Origin: Rhodospirillaceae bacterium
Lineage (GTDB): Bacteria; Pseudomonadota; Alphaproteobacteria; UBA6615
NCBI GenBank assembly: GCA_038132575.1
Contig: JAYPRP010000001.1
Span: forward strand, 78,747 to 142,746
DNA length: 64,000 nucleotides
Direction of reading: 5' to 3'
The translations under genes were made by a program, and so were the position numbers. The number at the start of each line of letters is the position of its first letter. The stretch's first letter is position 1. Below the pieces are notes generated by a model. That model did not search any database and was not told the DNA's origin. It saw nothing but the letters and a program-made list of their open reading frames with translations. Positions 9,761 to 18,950 of this stretch are shown in pieces.

Positions 9761-10378
9761 TCAGACGGAAGCGCCCGGCGTGACATTTCCGATGAACGAC
9801 AGGAACTCGCGCCGTGTGTCCGAGGATTCCCGGAACGCGCCCAGCATCCGGCTTGTGACCATGACCACGCCGGGCTTGTGGACGCCGCGTGTCGTCATGC
9901 ACTGGTGCTCGGCCTCGATGACAACCGCGACTCCCTTCGGACGCAGCACCTCGTCGATGCAGTTGGCGATCTGCGCGGTCAGCTTCTCCTGGATCTGGAG
10001 GCGCTTGGCATAGGCCTCGGCAACCCGCGCCAGCTTGCTGATGCCGACGACGCGGCGCTCGGGCAGGTAGCCGATATGGACCTTGCCGAGGATCGGCGCG
10101 AGATGGTGTTCGCAGTACGATTCCATGCGGATATCGCGCAGCACGACCATCTCGTCATAGCCCTCGACCTCCTCGAAGGTGCGCTCCAGGTGTTCCAGAG
10201 GGTCCTCGCGGTAACCGGCGAAGAACTCTTCGAACGCGCGCGCCACGCGCGCCGGCGTATCGACCAGTCCCTCGCGCGTGGGATCGTCGCCGGCCCAGCG
10301 CAAGAGCGTGCGGACGGCCTCCTCGGCCTCCGTGCGGTCCGGCACCGACGCGGGTTTGTCTGGCGTATCGTCTGGCAT
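9761..10378 (-). CDS. folE: GTP cyclohydrolase I
   Basis: ORF 9761..10378. Pattern [33 protein letters not shown]-like QEKLTAQI. Confidence 0.95.
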   Translation of the reverse strand: MPDDTPDKPASVPDRTEAEEAVRTLLRWAGDDPTREGLVDTPARVARAFEEFFAGYREDPLEHLERTFEEVEGYDEMVVLRDIRMESYCEHHLAPILGKVHIGYLPERRVVGISKLARVAEAYAKRLQIQEKLTAQIANCIDEVLRPKGVAVVIEAEHQCMTTRGVHKPGVVMVTSRMLGAFRESSDTRREFLSFIGNVTPGASV

Positions 10379-10421
10379 GCTCGTTTCCGTTTTTCCGGCC
10401 GCGCACCCGGCGCGGCGCCGG

Positions 10422-10814
10422 TCAGTTCGGGCGGACGATTTGATGCGGGCTGTCGAGTGAGAAGGCCGGGATGTCGACCTCGATCAGGTCACCGTCGTCG
10501 GTCTGCATCTGGTAGGAGCCGACCATGATCCCCGATGGCGTCGCGAGCGGCGTGCCGCTCGTGTACTCGAAGCTCTCGCCCGGCTCCAGCACGGGCTGCT
10601 CGCCGACAACGCCGGCCCCCCGGACTTCCTGAACGAGCCCGTTGGCGTCGGTGATGTGCCAGTAGCGCGAGCGAAGCTGCACCGTGTCCGGGCCACAATT
10701 CTCGATCCGCACCTGGTAGGCCCACACGAAATGATCCTCGTCCGGCTCGGACTGGTCCTCGAGGAAAACCGGTGTCACCGTAACCGAGATGTCCTTGGTC
10801 GTCTGGTTGTACAT
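10422..10814 (-). CDS. apaG: ApaG (DUF525) protein
   Basis: ORF 10422..10922. ApaG core [13 protein letters not shown]...[10 protein letters not shown]...[19 protein letters not shown]. Start ATG 10814 or 10838, both inside a 12-bp tandem repeat. Confidence 0.85.
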   Translation of the reverse strand: MYNQTTKDISVTVTPVFLEDQSEPDEDHFVWAYQVRIENCGPDTVQLRSRYWHITDANGLVQEVRGAGVVGEQPVLEPGESFEYTSGTPLATPSGIMVGSYQMQTDDGDLIEVDIPAFSLDSPHQIVRPN

Positions 10815-10844
10815 CTGATCGTGGATCTGTTCGTACATCTGATC
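10809..10844. repeat. Three tandem 12-bp units (GTACATCTGATC / GTGGATCTGTTC / GTACATCTGATC)
   Basis: Read directly. The outer units are identical and the middle one matches 8/12. Each outer unit carries a candidate apaG ATG on the minus strand. Confidence 0.9.
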
Positions 10845-10969
10845 CTGCCAAAAGCGGCCCGGCACCGATTGACGGTGCGTTGCAACATGAACAATCGGGG
10901 GGATTTGGCTACATGCCGGCACAAAAGTCCAGCCTGCGGGGGCGTCACATTGTCGCCGCGCCGCTGCGG

Positions 10970-10998
10970 TTGCGCGGCCGGGGGGCGTTGACTATAGA
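10970..10998 (+). promoter_or_regulatory. Candidate sigma70-type promoter for tRNA-Gly
   Basis: TTGCGC, 17-nt spacer, TATAGA, ending 14 nt before the tRNA 5' end. Pattern match only. Confidence 0.3.
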
Positions 10999-11012
10999 TT
11001 CGACCTTCAAAG

Positions 11013-11087
11013 GCGGGTGTAGTTCAGTGGTAGAACGTCAGCTTCCCAAGCTGAATGTCGCCGGTTCGATCCCGGTCACCCGCTCCA
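11013..11087 (+). tRNA. tRNA-Gly (anticodon CCC)
   Basis: 75-nt cloverleaf. Acceptor GCGGGTG/CACCCGC. D arm GTTC-AGTGGTA-GAAC. Anticodon arm TCAGC-TTCCCAA-GCTGA. T arm GCCGG-TTCGATC-CCGGT. Encoded CCA. Confidence 0.9.
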
Positions 11088-11154
11088 TTTTCCGTCTGTC
11101 GGCGCATGGTCGAGACAGCACGGCGCGCGCAGCGCGGTATCGCGGATCAAGGCG

Positions 11155-12345
11155 ATGGCAGACCCGACAATTGTGATTGCCGGTGGCGGAATCGGCGGGC
11201 TGTCGGCCGCGCTTGGCCTCTCGCTCAAGGGTTTCGACGTTGTTGTCCTCGAGAAGGCCTCGGAGTTCGGCGAGATCGGCGCCGGTATCCAGCTCGGGCC
11301 GAACGCCTTTCATGCGCTCGACTATTTTGGTGTCGGCGCGGCGGCCCGCGCGAAGGCGGTCTATGTCGATATGCTGCGCCTCATGGATGCGGTCGATGGC
11401 GAGGAAATCATCCATATCCGGCTCGACGAGCCGTTCCGCGAACGGTTCGGCAATCCCTACGCGGTGATCCATCGCGCGGACCTGCATGGTGTTCTCCTGG
11501 ACGCCTGCCGGGAGCGCGCGAACGTGGACCTGCGGGTCAATGCCGAGGCTGAAACCTACGCACACGAGGACGACGGGGTGTCCGTGTCGCTCGCAAACGG
11601 TGAACGGGTTAATGGGGCGGTGCTCATCGGGGCGGACGGCCTGTGGTCGAACATCCGGCGCAGTGTCGTCGGGGACGGGGCACCGCGCGTTTCGGGTCAC
11701 TCGACCTACCGCTCCGTCATCCCGCTGGACAAGATGCCCGAGGACCTGCGCTGGAACGCGGCGACCCTCTGGGCCGGACCGAAGTGCCACATCGTCCACT
11801 ACCCCCTGTCGGACTGGAAGTACTTCAATCTGGTCGTGACCTACCACAACGACGCGCCCGAGCCGGTTGCCGGCCAGCCGGTCCTGAAGGACGAGGTGCG
11901 CAAGGGCTTTGCCCACATCCACGAGAGCGCGCGGCAGATCATCGAGATCGGCAACGACTGGCGGCTTTGGGTGCTGTGCGACCGCGACCCGGTGGAAAAC
12001 TGGGTCGATGGCCGGGTCGCGCTGCTCGGCGATGCCGCGCATCCGATGATGCAGTACTATGCGCAAGGTGCGTGCATGGCGATGGAGGACGCGGTCTGCC
12101 TGTCTCACAGCCTCGACAGGCACCGCGATGATCTCGCGGCCGGACTGGTCGCCTACCAGGACCAGCGGCTCGTACGCACCGCGCGGGTGCAGCTCGGCGC
12201 GCGGGCGATCGGGGATCACGTGAACCACGCCGAGGGGATGCATGCGCGGGTGCGGAACGCGATCCTGCGCGGGATGAGTACCGAGGAGTGCTACGACCGG
12301 CTGGCGTGGCTCTACGGCAGCACCGGGCTTTCCGGCGCCGCGTGA
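11155..12345 (+). CDS. FAD-dependent aromatic-ring monooxygenase (3-hydroxybenzoate 6-hydroxylase / salicylate hydroxylase-like)
   Basis: ORF 11155..12345. GGGIGGL dinucleotide fold, GADG, and GDAAHPMMQYYAQGACMAMEDA motif. Confidence 0.85.
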   Translation: MADPTIVIAGGGIGGLSAALGLSLKGFDVVVLEKASEFGEIGAGIQLGPNAFHALDYFGVGAAARAKAVYVDMLRLMDAVDGEEIIHIRLDEPFRERFGNPYAVIHRADLHGVLLDACRERANVDLRVNAEAETYAHEDDGVSVSLANGERVNGAVLIGADGLWSNIRRSVVGDGAPRVSGHSTYRSVIPLDKMPEDLRWNAATLWAGPKCHIVHYPLSDWKYFNLVVTYHNDAPEPVAGQPVLKDEVRKGFAHIHESARQIIEIGNDWRLWVLCDRDPVENWVDGRVALLGDAAHPMMQYYAQGACMAMEDAVCLSHSLDRHRDDLAAGLVAYQDQRLVRTARVQLGARAIGDHVNHAEGMHARVRNAILRGMSTEECYDRLAWLYGSTGLSGAA

Positions 12346-12433
12346 GGAAAGCCGTTCCGCGATTCCGGTCGCGGTCCCGCAATCGGCCGTGGCATACTTT
12401 GCCGGCGGAACAACCAACGAACAGGAGGTCGCG

Positions 12434-13012
12434 ATGAAAACGATCACGATATCCCAGGACGATATGAAGGACCGCGTGTCCCGCTTCACGGAGCTGAAGC
12501 CGCTGCGCGCCGCAGAAAGCCTCGACATTCCCCAGGAAGCGAAGGATGTCATCTACGCCCGCGAGCTTCTCTCGGTGATCGGGCTGGCCGACACTGCCGA
12601 CACGCCGGTCAATCAGGGCGCGCCGATCCAGGGCGCGGGCGGCATCACGATGACCCACGCCGTGTGCCCGCCGGGCACGGGACCGGAATTGCACAACCAT
12701 CAACAGACCTACGAGACCTTTACGGTTCTGCGCGGCCGCTTCGAGGTGACGTGGAACGACGATGGCGGCGAGCGGATCGAGCTCGAGGAGTTCGACACGA
12801 TCTCCGTGCCGCCAGGCGTGTGCCGTGCGTTCCGCAACATCGGTGACGACGAGGGCATTCTGCAGGTGGTTATCAGCGGCGGCGTGCATGACATGCAGGA
12901 TATCGCGTTCACCCCGGCGATCGCGGAGAAGCTCTCCGGCTATGGTGATGAGGTGGTGTCGCTGTTCGAGGAGCGCGGTATGCGGTTCACCGCAGGCACG
13001 GACGCCGCCTGA
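12434..13012 (+). CDS. Cupin domain protein
   Basis: ORF 12389..13012. GGAGG SD before ATG 12434. Cupin motifs GPELHNHQQTYETFTVLRG and ISVPPGVCRAFRN. Confidence 0.75.
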   Translation: MKTITISQDDMKDRVSRFTELKPLRAAESLDIPQEAKDVIYARELLSVIGLADTADTPVNQGAPIQGAGGITMTHAVCPPGTGPELHNHQQTYETFTVLRGRFEVTWNDDGGERIELEEFDTISVPPGVCRAFRNIGDDEGILQVVISGGVHDMQDIAFTPAIAEKLSGYGDEVVSLFEERGMRFTAGTDAA

Positions 13013-13042
13013 TACCGGCGTTATCCATCATTGGACCGACCC

Positions 13043-13072
13043 GGGGCGGTGCCTTGGCACCGCCCCTTTTTT
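13043..13072 (+). terminator. Rho-independent terminator after the cupin gene
   Basis: GGGGCGGTGCC / GGCACCGCCCC stem followed by TTTTTT. Confidence 0.7.
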
Positions 13073-13152
13073 CTTGGCAAAAATTGAGACGGATCAATGC
13101 TCTGCGTCGGGCCTCCCGCGACCATGGGGCGAAATCATGAAGGAGCCCCGAA

Positions 13153-13710
13153 ATGACCTATCGATCTATTTGCGTTGGCCTCTTGCGCGGCGACGATCGC
13201 AACCCGGAGACGCTGGAAGTTGCAATCCGGCTGGCGGCAGATCATGACGCCCATCTAACCGGGATGCTCCTGGTGCCGCCGCTCAACATTCCCGTCGATG
13301 CCGCGATCCCGCTGCCGAATGACCTGCTGGACACCTATTAGGAGGAAGCGGAACGCGAGGCGGCAGCGTTGCGTGAGACGTTCACGGACGCCTGTCGCAC
13401 GGGAGGTGTTTAGTCCTTCGACTGGCAGGGTCGCACCGACAATATCGTCCAGAGCCTTCAACGGACTGCACCTGTGACGGACATGTTCGTCCTGACCCAG
13501 CATGGCACCGGGGATTAGGGGTGGCTGACTGGTGAGGCCTCGCTCGCGCGTGGGGCGCCGATCCTGGCTGTCCCCGAGGCAGGACATTTCGAGACCTTCA
13601 GCCGCACCTTCACGGCGCTACGCGACGAAGGGCTTATCGAGCTGCCCAACCCGCACCATGTGGTTTTTCCGGACATGGATGCGGTGCGCGATGCCGCCGA
13701 GGCGGCCTGA
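13153..13710 (+). pseudogene. Decayed universal stress protein (UspA-like) fused to a Crp/Fnr-type C-terminal HTH remnant
   Basis: A single frame runs 13153..13710, interrupted by TAG at 13339, 13411 and 13516. USP-like text RSICVGL..., DMFVLTQ, GAPILAVPEAGHF is followed by ETFSRTFTALRDEGLIEL, typical of FixK/Fnr recognition helices. Confidence 0.65.
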
Positions 13711-13815
13711 GTTTCCATTTTCCTGCCCGACCATTGATGTGCGTCAACGCGTCGAAGACGCGGGCGGACCAGACTCATTGACGAACCTGATTCCAACCGC
13801 GGAGGAGTTTGTCCC

Positions 13816-14171
13816 ATGGCCCTGTGCCATATCCGCCTTGAACTGGAACGCGATAGTGATTTCCCGGACGGGAGTGCGGAGCGCGGTTACGAGTTTCGCA
13901 CCCCGCTTACGGATGCCCCGTCTGGACAGAGATGAGTAGCACGATGTGCGCGACGAGTGCACGGTGCGTCGTTTTTGGCACAACGAACCCGACGAGCTTG
14001 GCTATCTCGTCCATCGCGGGCGCGGATGGGCGTTCCACTACGACGATGAACCTGCCGAAGAGGATAAACCCCTGTTCAAGCTCGACCGGCACACCTGGTC
14101 TAGGGCGTTATGTCTCGATCACCAAGCATGACGGAGTGCTACGGACGTTCCGGGTCGTACGCTTACGCTGA
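13816..14171 (+). pseudogene. Small conserved hypothetical gene disrupted by two frameshifts and one TAG
   Basis: GGAGGAG SD plus ATG 13816. Coding-like text continues through three frames: MALCHIRLELERDSDFPDGSAERGYEF, then RLDRDE*HDVRDECTVRRFWHNEPDELGYLVHRGRGWAFHYDDEP, then YVSITKHDGVLRTFRVVRLR. Confidence 0.55.
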
Positions 14172-14243
14172 GTGTTTCCGGGTCGCGGCGTTTCTCTCCG
14201 CGCGGAACGGTTCGTTCCGGGATCGATCCGGATCAGTGGCTGA

Positions 14244-15137
14244 TTATGCCCCGGTTCGCCGCCGCCGACGTTGTTCCAGGCGTATCGAATAGTAGTTGCC
14301 CGCGAAGATCATCAGCGCGCCGATGAGGACCGCGATCTCGACTGCCTCGCTGTAGAGCACAAAGCCCACGGCGATGATCAGCGGCAGGCGCATGAAGTCC
14401 ATGGGAACAACGATGGTCTGGTCGGCGATCGACAGCGCCTTGGCGGTGCAGAAATGGGCCGACAGGCCAGTGGCACCGACGATGAACAGCCAGAAGAGTT
14501 GGAGCCAGTCCGGCGTAATCCAGACGAAGGCGGAGAGTGCCAGGCCCATGGGCAGCTGGATCGCCGACATGTAGACTAGGATCGTGATGACCTGGTCGGT
14601 GCGCGTCATATACTTCGTGAAGGTGATGGTCATCGCGAAGCCGATAGCGGCGGCGAGGACCGCGAACGCACCGTCGTCGATGACTGCGATTCCCGGCCGC
14701 AGGATGACGAGAATGCCGAGAAAGCCCAGAATAACCGCCACGATCCGCCCCCGGTTGAGGCGTTCGCCGAGGAACAGCACCGCCAGGACGGTTGACCATA
14801 TGGGTGCGGTGAACTCGATGGCGAAGACCTCGGCCAGCGGCAGCAGGGCGATGCCCGTGATCCACCCGAGCTGGGCCGCGAAATGCACCGTGTTGCGCCC
14901 GAACTGGAGTTTCAGGCTGTCCGTCCGCCAGATCGCGGCGCCCATGGTCACGATGAAGGGCGCGAGGATTACGAGCGAGCTGATGCTTCGGAACAGCATC
15001 ATCTGGAAGCTGTGAATCTCGCCCGAAAGTTCGCGCACGGCTACGGCCATGAGCGTGAACGACAGAAGGGTGCCGGTCATCCAAGCGACGGCGCGCAGGA
15101 GTGGTGCCTGGGGTCCGGAACCGGGATCTGCAGTCAT
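14244..15137 (-). CDS. DMT superfamily (EamA-like) transporter
   Basis: ORF 14244..15137. About ten hydrophobic helices arranged as two EamA-like halves. Confidence 0.85.
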   Translation of the reverse strand: MTADPGSGPQAPLLRAVAWMTGTLLSFTLMAVAVRELSGEIHSFQMMLFRSISSLVILAPFIVTMGAAIWRTDSLKLQFGRNTVHFAAQLGWITGIALLPLAEVFAIEFTAPIWSTVLAVLFLGERLNRGRIVAVILGFLGILVILRPGIAVIDDGAFAVLAAAIGFAMTITFTKYMTRTDQVITILVYMSAIQLPMGLALSAFVWITPDWLQLFWLFIVGATGLSAHFCTAKALSIADQTIVVPMDFMRLPLIIAVGFVLYSEAVEIAVLIGALMIFAGNYYSIRLEQRRRRRTGA

Positions 15138-15183
15138 TCGGGTTCAGACCTGGCGGGGGGCATGTCGGACCGGTGGCCCGAAA

Positions 15184-16251
15184 TCAGCTCAGCCCCTCGA
15201 CCGACAGATCGTCCGCGACCCTGGCGAGGTTCTCGAGCAACGGGTCCGGCAGCGGGATGCCGTTGGCGGTGCGGTCGGCGTAGGCGGCATGGGTGCCTTC
15301 GCCCGGCAGCCGCACCCGTTCGACGCCCGGCAGGGTCGGCGAGCCATGCATCTCGGAGATGACCGCATCCACCTGCTTCTTGAACTCGGCCACGTCCATG
15401 AAGGCGGCGATATCGACCGCGAGGTAGAACTGGCCCGTGTTGGTCGCGCTGGACGCGTCTGCGTTCATGTCGACCACGCTCTTGCCGAAATGCGCGCCGT
15501 TGAGGGTGCCGGCCAGAATCCCGAAGATCAGCGCCAGGCCGTATCCCTTGGCGCCGCCGATCGGTAGCAGGTACCCCGTGTCGGCCTTGCTGGCGTCCGT
15601 CAGCGGGCCGCCGTCCGGGCCGACCATCCAGCCTTCCGGCATCTCGATCCCGCGCTGGGCATAGACCTTGACCTTGCCGTAGGACGTCACCGTCGTCGCC
15701 ATGTCGAGAACGATGGAGTCTTCCTTGTCGGCCGGCACCGACACTGCGATGGGATTGGTCGAGAGCAGCATCTCGGTGCCGCCCCAGGGCGGCAGGTGGT
15801 TGGCGCTGCCGACCGCGACGTAGAGGCCGATCATGTCGTGCGCGAGCGCCTTGTTCGAATAGACCCCCGCCGCGCCGGCATGGTTCGAATGGCGCATGCC
15901 GACCCACGCGACGCCGGTTTGCCTCGCCTTCTCGATGGCGATGTCGGCGGCGCGGTTGACCACCAGGTGGCCCATCGCGTTGTCGCCGTCAACCAGGGCC
16001 ATCGCCGTGCGCTCCTGGGCGATCTTGATATCGGGGGTCGGGTTGAAACCGCCGGCCTTGAGCCGGCCGATATAACCGGGCAGACGGAAGATTCCGTGGG
16101 AGTCCTTGCCGAGCATGTCGCCCTCGGCCATGAGGTTGGCCACCGTCGCGGCGTCCGCGTCCGGCATCCCACTGGCGACAAAGCACCGGGTCATGAAGGC
16201 CTCGATCTGGTCGCGTGTGAATCGCTGCATGGTGTTCGCGTCGGCCGGCAT
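15184..16251 (-). CDS. Ldh_2 family (malate/L-lactate/sulfolactate dehydrogenase type 2) oxidoreductase
   Basis: ORF 15184..16269. ATG 16251. Pattern GKDSHGIFRLPGYIGRLKAGG, MRHSNHAGAAG, GGAKGYGLAL. Confidence 0.85.
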   Translation of the reverse strand: MPADANTMQRFTRDQIEAFMTRCFVASGMPDADAATVANLMAEGDMLGKDSHGIFRLPGYIGRLKAGGFNPTPDIKIAQERTAMALVDGDNAMGHLVVNRAADIAIEKARQTGVAWVGMRHSNHAGAAGVYSNKALAHDMIGLYVAVGSANHLPPWGGTEMLLSTNPIAVSVPADKEDSIVLDMATTVTSYGKVKVYAQRGIEMPEGWMVGPDGGPLTDASKADTGYLLPIGGAKGYGLALIFGILAGTLNGAHFGKSVVDMNADASSATNTGQFYLAVDIAAFMDVAEFKKQVDAVISEMHGSPTLPGVERVRLPGEGTHAAYADRTANGIPLPDPLLENLARVADDLSVEGLS

Positions 16252-16454
16252 GGTCTCTCTTCCCCCCAAAGGAAATCAGATGTCTCGTTGCGCGCACCAT
16301 AGACAGAAACGGGACCGCGCGGCGAGATAGGAGGGAAATATACTTCTGTGCCGGATATGACGAGCTTCAGGCTGCATGGTTGACGCCCAACCCGATGCCC
16401 GAAAGGATTGGGCCTCGGCTGCGGAGACGGCCTTGTTGGGGTGAGGGGATCAGC

Positions 16455-17864
16455 ATGACGGACCGATGGGAAACCGCGAGCGTGGCCGAGCTCGCGCGCG
16501 CAATCCGGGACGGGGCGACCTCGTCCGCCGAACTGGCCGAGGCGGCGATTGCCAACCACGAGGCGCGCGATGCCGCGCTCGCCGCGTACAAGACTTGGGA
16601 ACCCGACCGGTTCCGCGCCGAGGCCAGGGTCGCCGACGATGCGCTTGCTGCCGGGATCGACCTTGGCCCACTTCAGGGTATCCCGGTTTCGGTGAAGGAT
16701 CTGTTCGGCGTGCGCGGCTATCCGACCTTCGCCGGATCGCCGCGCGAGCTGCCGCCGGAATGGCGCCACGAGGGGCCGGTCATCCGCGCGCTGCGCGGGC
16801 AGCTTGCTGTCTTCTCGGGGAAAACCCACACGGTCCAGTTCGCGTTCGGCGCGCTGGGCACCAATCCTCACTGGGGAACGCCGTGCAACCCGTGGGACTC
16901 GGACGCGCATCGCGCGCCGGGCGGCTCCAGCGCCGGCGCGGGCGTCAGCCTGTGGGAAGGTTCGGCGGCCCTCGCCCTCGGCACGGATACCGCGGGATCT
17001 GTCCGGATGCCGGCGAGCATGACGGGCACCGTGGGGATCAAGACCACCCAGGGGCGCTGGTCGATCGAGGGTATCTCACCGCTGAGTCCCACGCTCGACA
17101 CGCCGGGTGTGCTGGCCCGTTCCGTCGCGGACGGCGCGCTGGCTTTCTCCGTCATCGATCTCGAGGCGAGCAGCGATCCCGATGGGTTCATGGCCGACGT
17201 CGAGGCCGCCCAGGCGGGCGACTTCCGGATCGGTGTCTGCGAAACCTTCTTCGATGCCTGCGACCCGGGGATCGCAGAGGGTGTCCGGGACGCGTTGGCC
17301 GAACTCGAGGCGTCGGGCGCGCGGTTGGTTCGCGTCGAAATTCCCGATCTCGACGAGGTGGACGCGATCTTCCGCACTGGCGGTCTCTCCGCCTTCGAGT
17401 TTGCGAGCTTCATGCGCGACGTGCTGCCGGACTTTCTCGCCGATATCGACCCGATGGTCGGGTCGCGCTTCGACAAGATGGCCGCGATGACGGCCGCGGA
17501 CTATCAGGGTCGAATTCGCCGCATGGACGCGCTGTCCAGGGCTGCTCATGCCGCGATTGCCGATGTGCATGCGGTGGTCGGCCCCACCGTCCCGATCACG
17601 CCGCCGAAGATCGCCGATGTGAAGGAACCGAAGTCCTATATGGCCGCAAATCTCATGGCCGCGCGGAATACGACGGTTGCGAATCTGTTGGCCATGAGCG
17701 CGGTGACGATCCCGGTGGCCCTCGACGCCGCGGGCATGCCGGTGGGACTGCAGATCACGGCTGCGGGCGGCGCGGATGCTCGCGCCATCGCCATCGCACG
17801 GTCCTTCGAGCGGGTCCTGGGCACCGCGCGTGAGCGGCTCGGTATGCCGCCGCGAACGCGCTAG
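16455..17864 (+). CDS. Amidase (amidase-signature family)
   Basis: ORF 16380..17864. GAGGGG SD before ATG 16455. Signature GGSSAGAG...GTDTAGSVRMPAS. Confidence 0.85.
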   Translation: MTDRWETASVAELARAIRDGATSSAELAEAAIANHEARDAALAAYKTWEPDRFRAEARVADDALAAGIDLGPLQGIPVSVKDLFGVRGYPTFAGSPRELPPEWRHEGPVIRALRGQLAVFSGKTHTVQFAFGALGTNPHWGTPCNPWDSDAHRAPGGSSAGAGVSLWEGSAALALGTDTAGSVRMPASMTGTVGIKTTQGRWSIEGISPLSPTLDTPGVLARSVADGALAFSVIDLEASSDPDGFMADVEAAQAGDFRIGVCETFFDACDPGIAEGVRDALAELEASGARLVRVEIPDLDEVDAIFRTGGLSAFEFASFMRDVLPDFLADIDPMVGSRFDKMAAMTAADYQGRIRRMDALSRAAHAAIADVHAVVGPTVPITPPKIADVKEPKSYMAANLMAARNTTVANLLAMSAVTIPVALDAAGMPVGLQITAAGGADARAIAIARSFERVLGTARERLGMPPRTR

Positions 17865-18739
17865 GCCTCGCGCGCCGCGGTCCGCTCGGCGATCGCGATG
17901 ATGCGTTCCATGGTGCGCAGCACCGGCCTTTCGATCAGCTTGCCTTCAACGACCACAAGGCCCGTATTCGCCTCGGCGAAGGCGGCCACGATCTTCCGGG
18001 CGTGGGCGATCTCGTCCGCGTTTGGCGAGAAGATTTCGTTGATCAGCGGAATTTGGTTCGGATGGATCGCGCCTTTGCCCGTGAAGCCGAGACGCGCACT
18101 CGCCTCCGCCTCCCGCCGAAGACCATCGAGATCGTTTAGGTCGAGCCAGGGCACATCGATCGCATCGATGCCGGCCGCAGCGGCGGCGTGGACCACGCGC
18201 GAGCGGGCATAGAGCAGTGGCTCCCACGCATAGTCGCAGCGCAGGTCTGCGGCGAGATCGACGCCGCCGAACAGCAGGGAATCGATGCGGTTGCTCGATT
18301 GCGCGATGTCGTAGGCCGCCTCGAGCCCGTGGTTGGTCTCGATGATGATCTGTAGCCGGATCGGTAGGCCGAGCGCATCGAGTCGGTCCGAGACCCCTCG
18401 GACTTCCTCGGCGGTGTTCACCTTCGGCAGCATGAGCGCCGGCGGGGGGGTCGCCGCATCGTAGATCGCGGCCAGGTCCGCCTGTCCGAATGTGCTGCTG
18501 AGCTCGTTCACGCGAACGATGCGCTCGACCCCGTCATCCGAGCGGGTGCCGGCTGGCACGTCTGCGGCGAAGATGTCCAGCATGTTGGCACGCGCCGCAT
18601 CCTTGTCGTGGGGTGCGACACCGTCCTCCAGCTCCACGCAAACGATATCCGCGCCCGATACGAGCGCCTTGCCGAACATCGACGGGTTGGTGCCGGGAGA
18701 AAAAATGAAGCTACGTCGCGGTTGAACGTAAACGGACAT
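17861..18739 (-). CDS. HpcH/HpaI-CitE family lyase (citryl/malyl-CoA lyase-like)
   Basis: ORF 17861..18739. Pattern IFSPGTNPSMFGKA..ADIVCVELEDGV, IIETNHGLEAA, KGAIHPNQI. Confidence 0.8.
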   Translation of the reverse strand: MSVYVQPRRSFIFSPGTNPSMFGKALVSGADIVCVELEDGVAPHDKDAARANMLDIFAADVPAGTRSDDGVERIVRVNELSSTFGQADLAAIYDAATPPPALMLPKVNTAEEVRGVSDRLDALGLPIRLQIIIETNHGLEAAYDIAQSSNRIDSLLFGGVDLAADLRCDYAWEPLLYARSRVVHAAAAAGIDAIDVPWLDLNDLDGLRREAEASARLGFTGKGAIHPNQIPLINEIFSPNADEIAHARKIVAAFAEANTGLVVVEGKLIERPVLRTMERIIAIAERTAAREA

Positions 18740-18950
18740 GTATAATCCCTTGCTTGTTCAGGCCCTCACACTATCAGAAGGCACATAGACGGCGCATGGT
18801 GCAGGTCGTGTTCCGATCCGATACCATCGGCGCGAGATCGCGCAGTCTGGGAAAAATCAGAACAAGTTTTTGGTGGTTCTGCGCCGCGATTGCGCGGGCA
18901 CCGTGTGGTAAACCCGCTGCGGATTCGAAACAGGGAAGAGACATCTGGCA

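Noticed and set aside
10379-10421. A possible folE-associated (THF-II) riboswitch upstream of folE.
   Set aside because: Only 43 nt separate the folE start from the apaG stop. The GC-rich imperfect hairpin there looks more like an apaG terminator or attenuator. I cannot match the motif consensus from memory. An Rfam scan would settle it.
11088-11154. A classical integrase-bearing genomic island attached to tRNA-Gly.
   Set aside because: There is no integrase, excisionase or transposase gene anywhere in the window. I could not spot a direct repeat of the tRNA 3' end by eye. I keep it only as a low-interest variable-region hypothesis.
17861-17864. Convergent amidase and CitE-like genes share the palindrome CTAG, so that both stop codons (TAG) overlap.
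   Set aside because: Compact convergent overlaps of this kind are common in dense bacterial genomes. There is no additional structure or conservation evidence to suggest a function.
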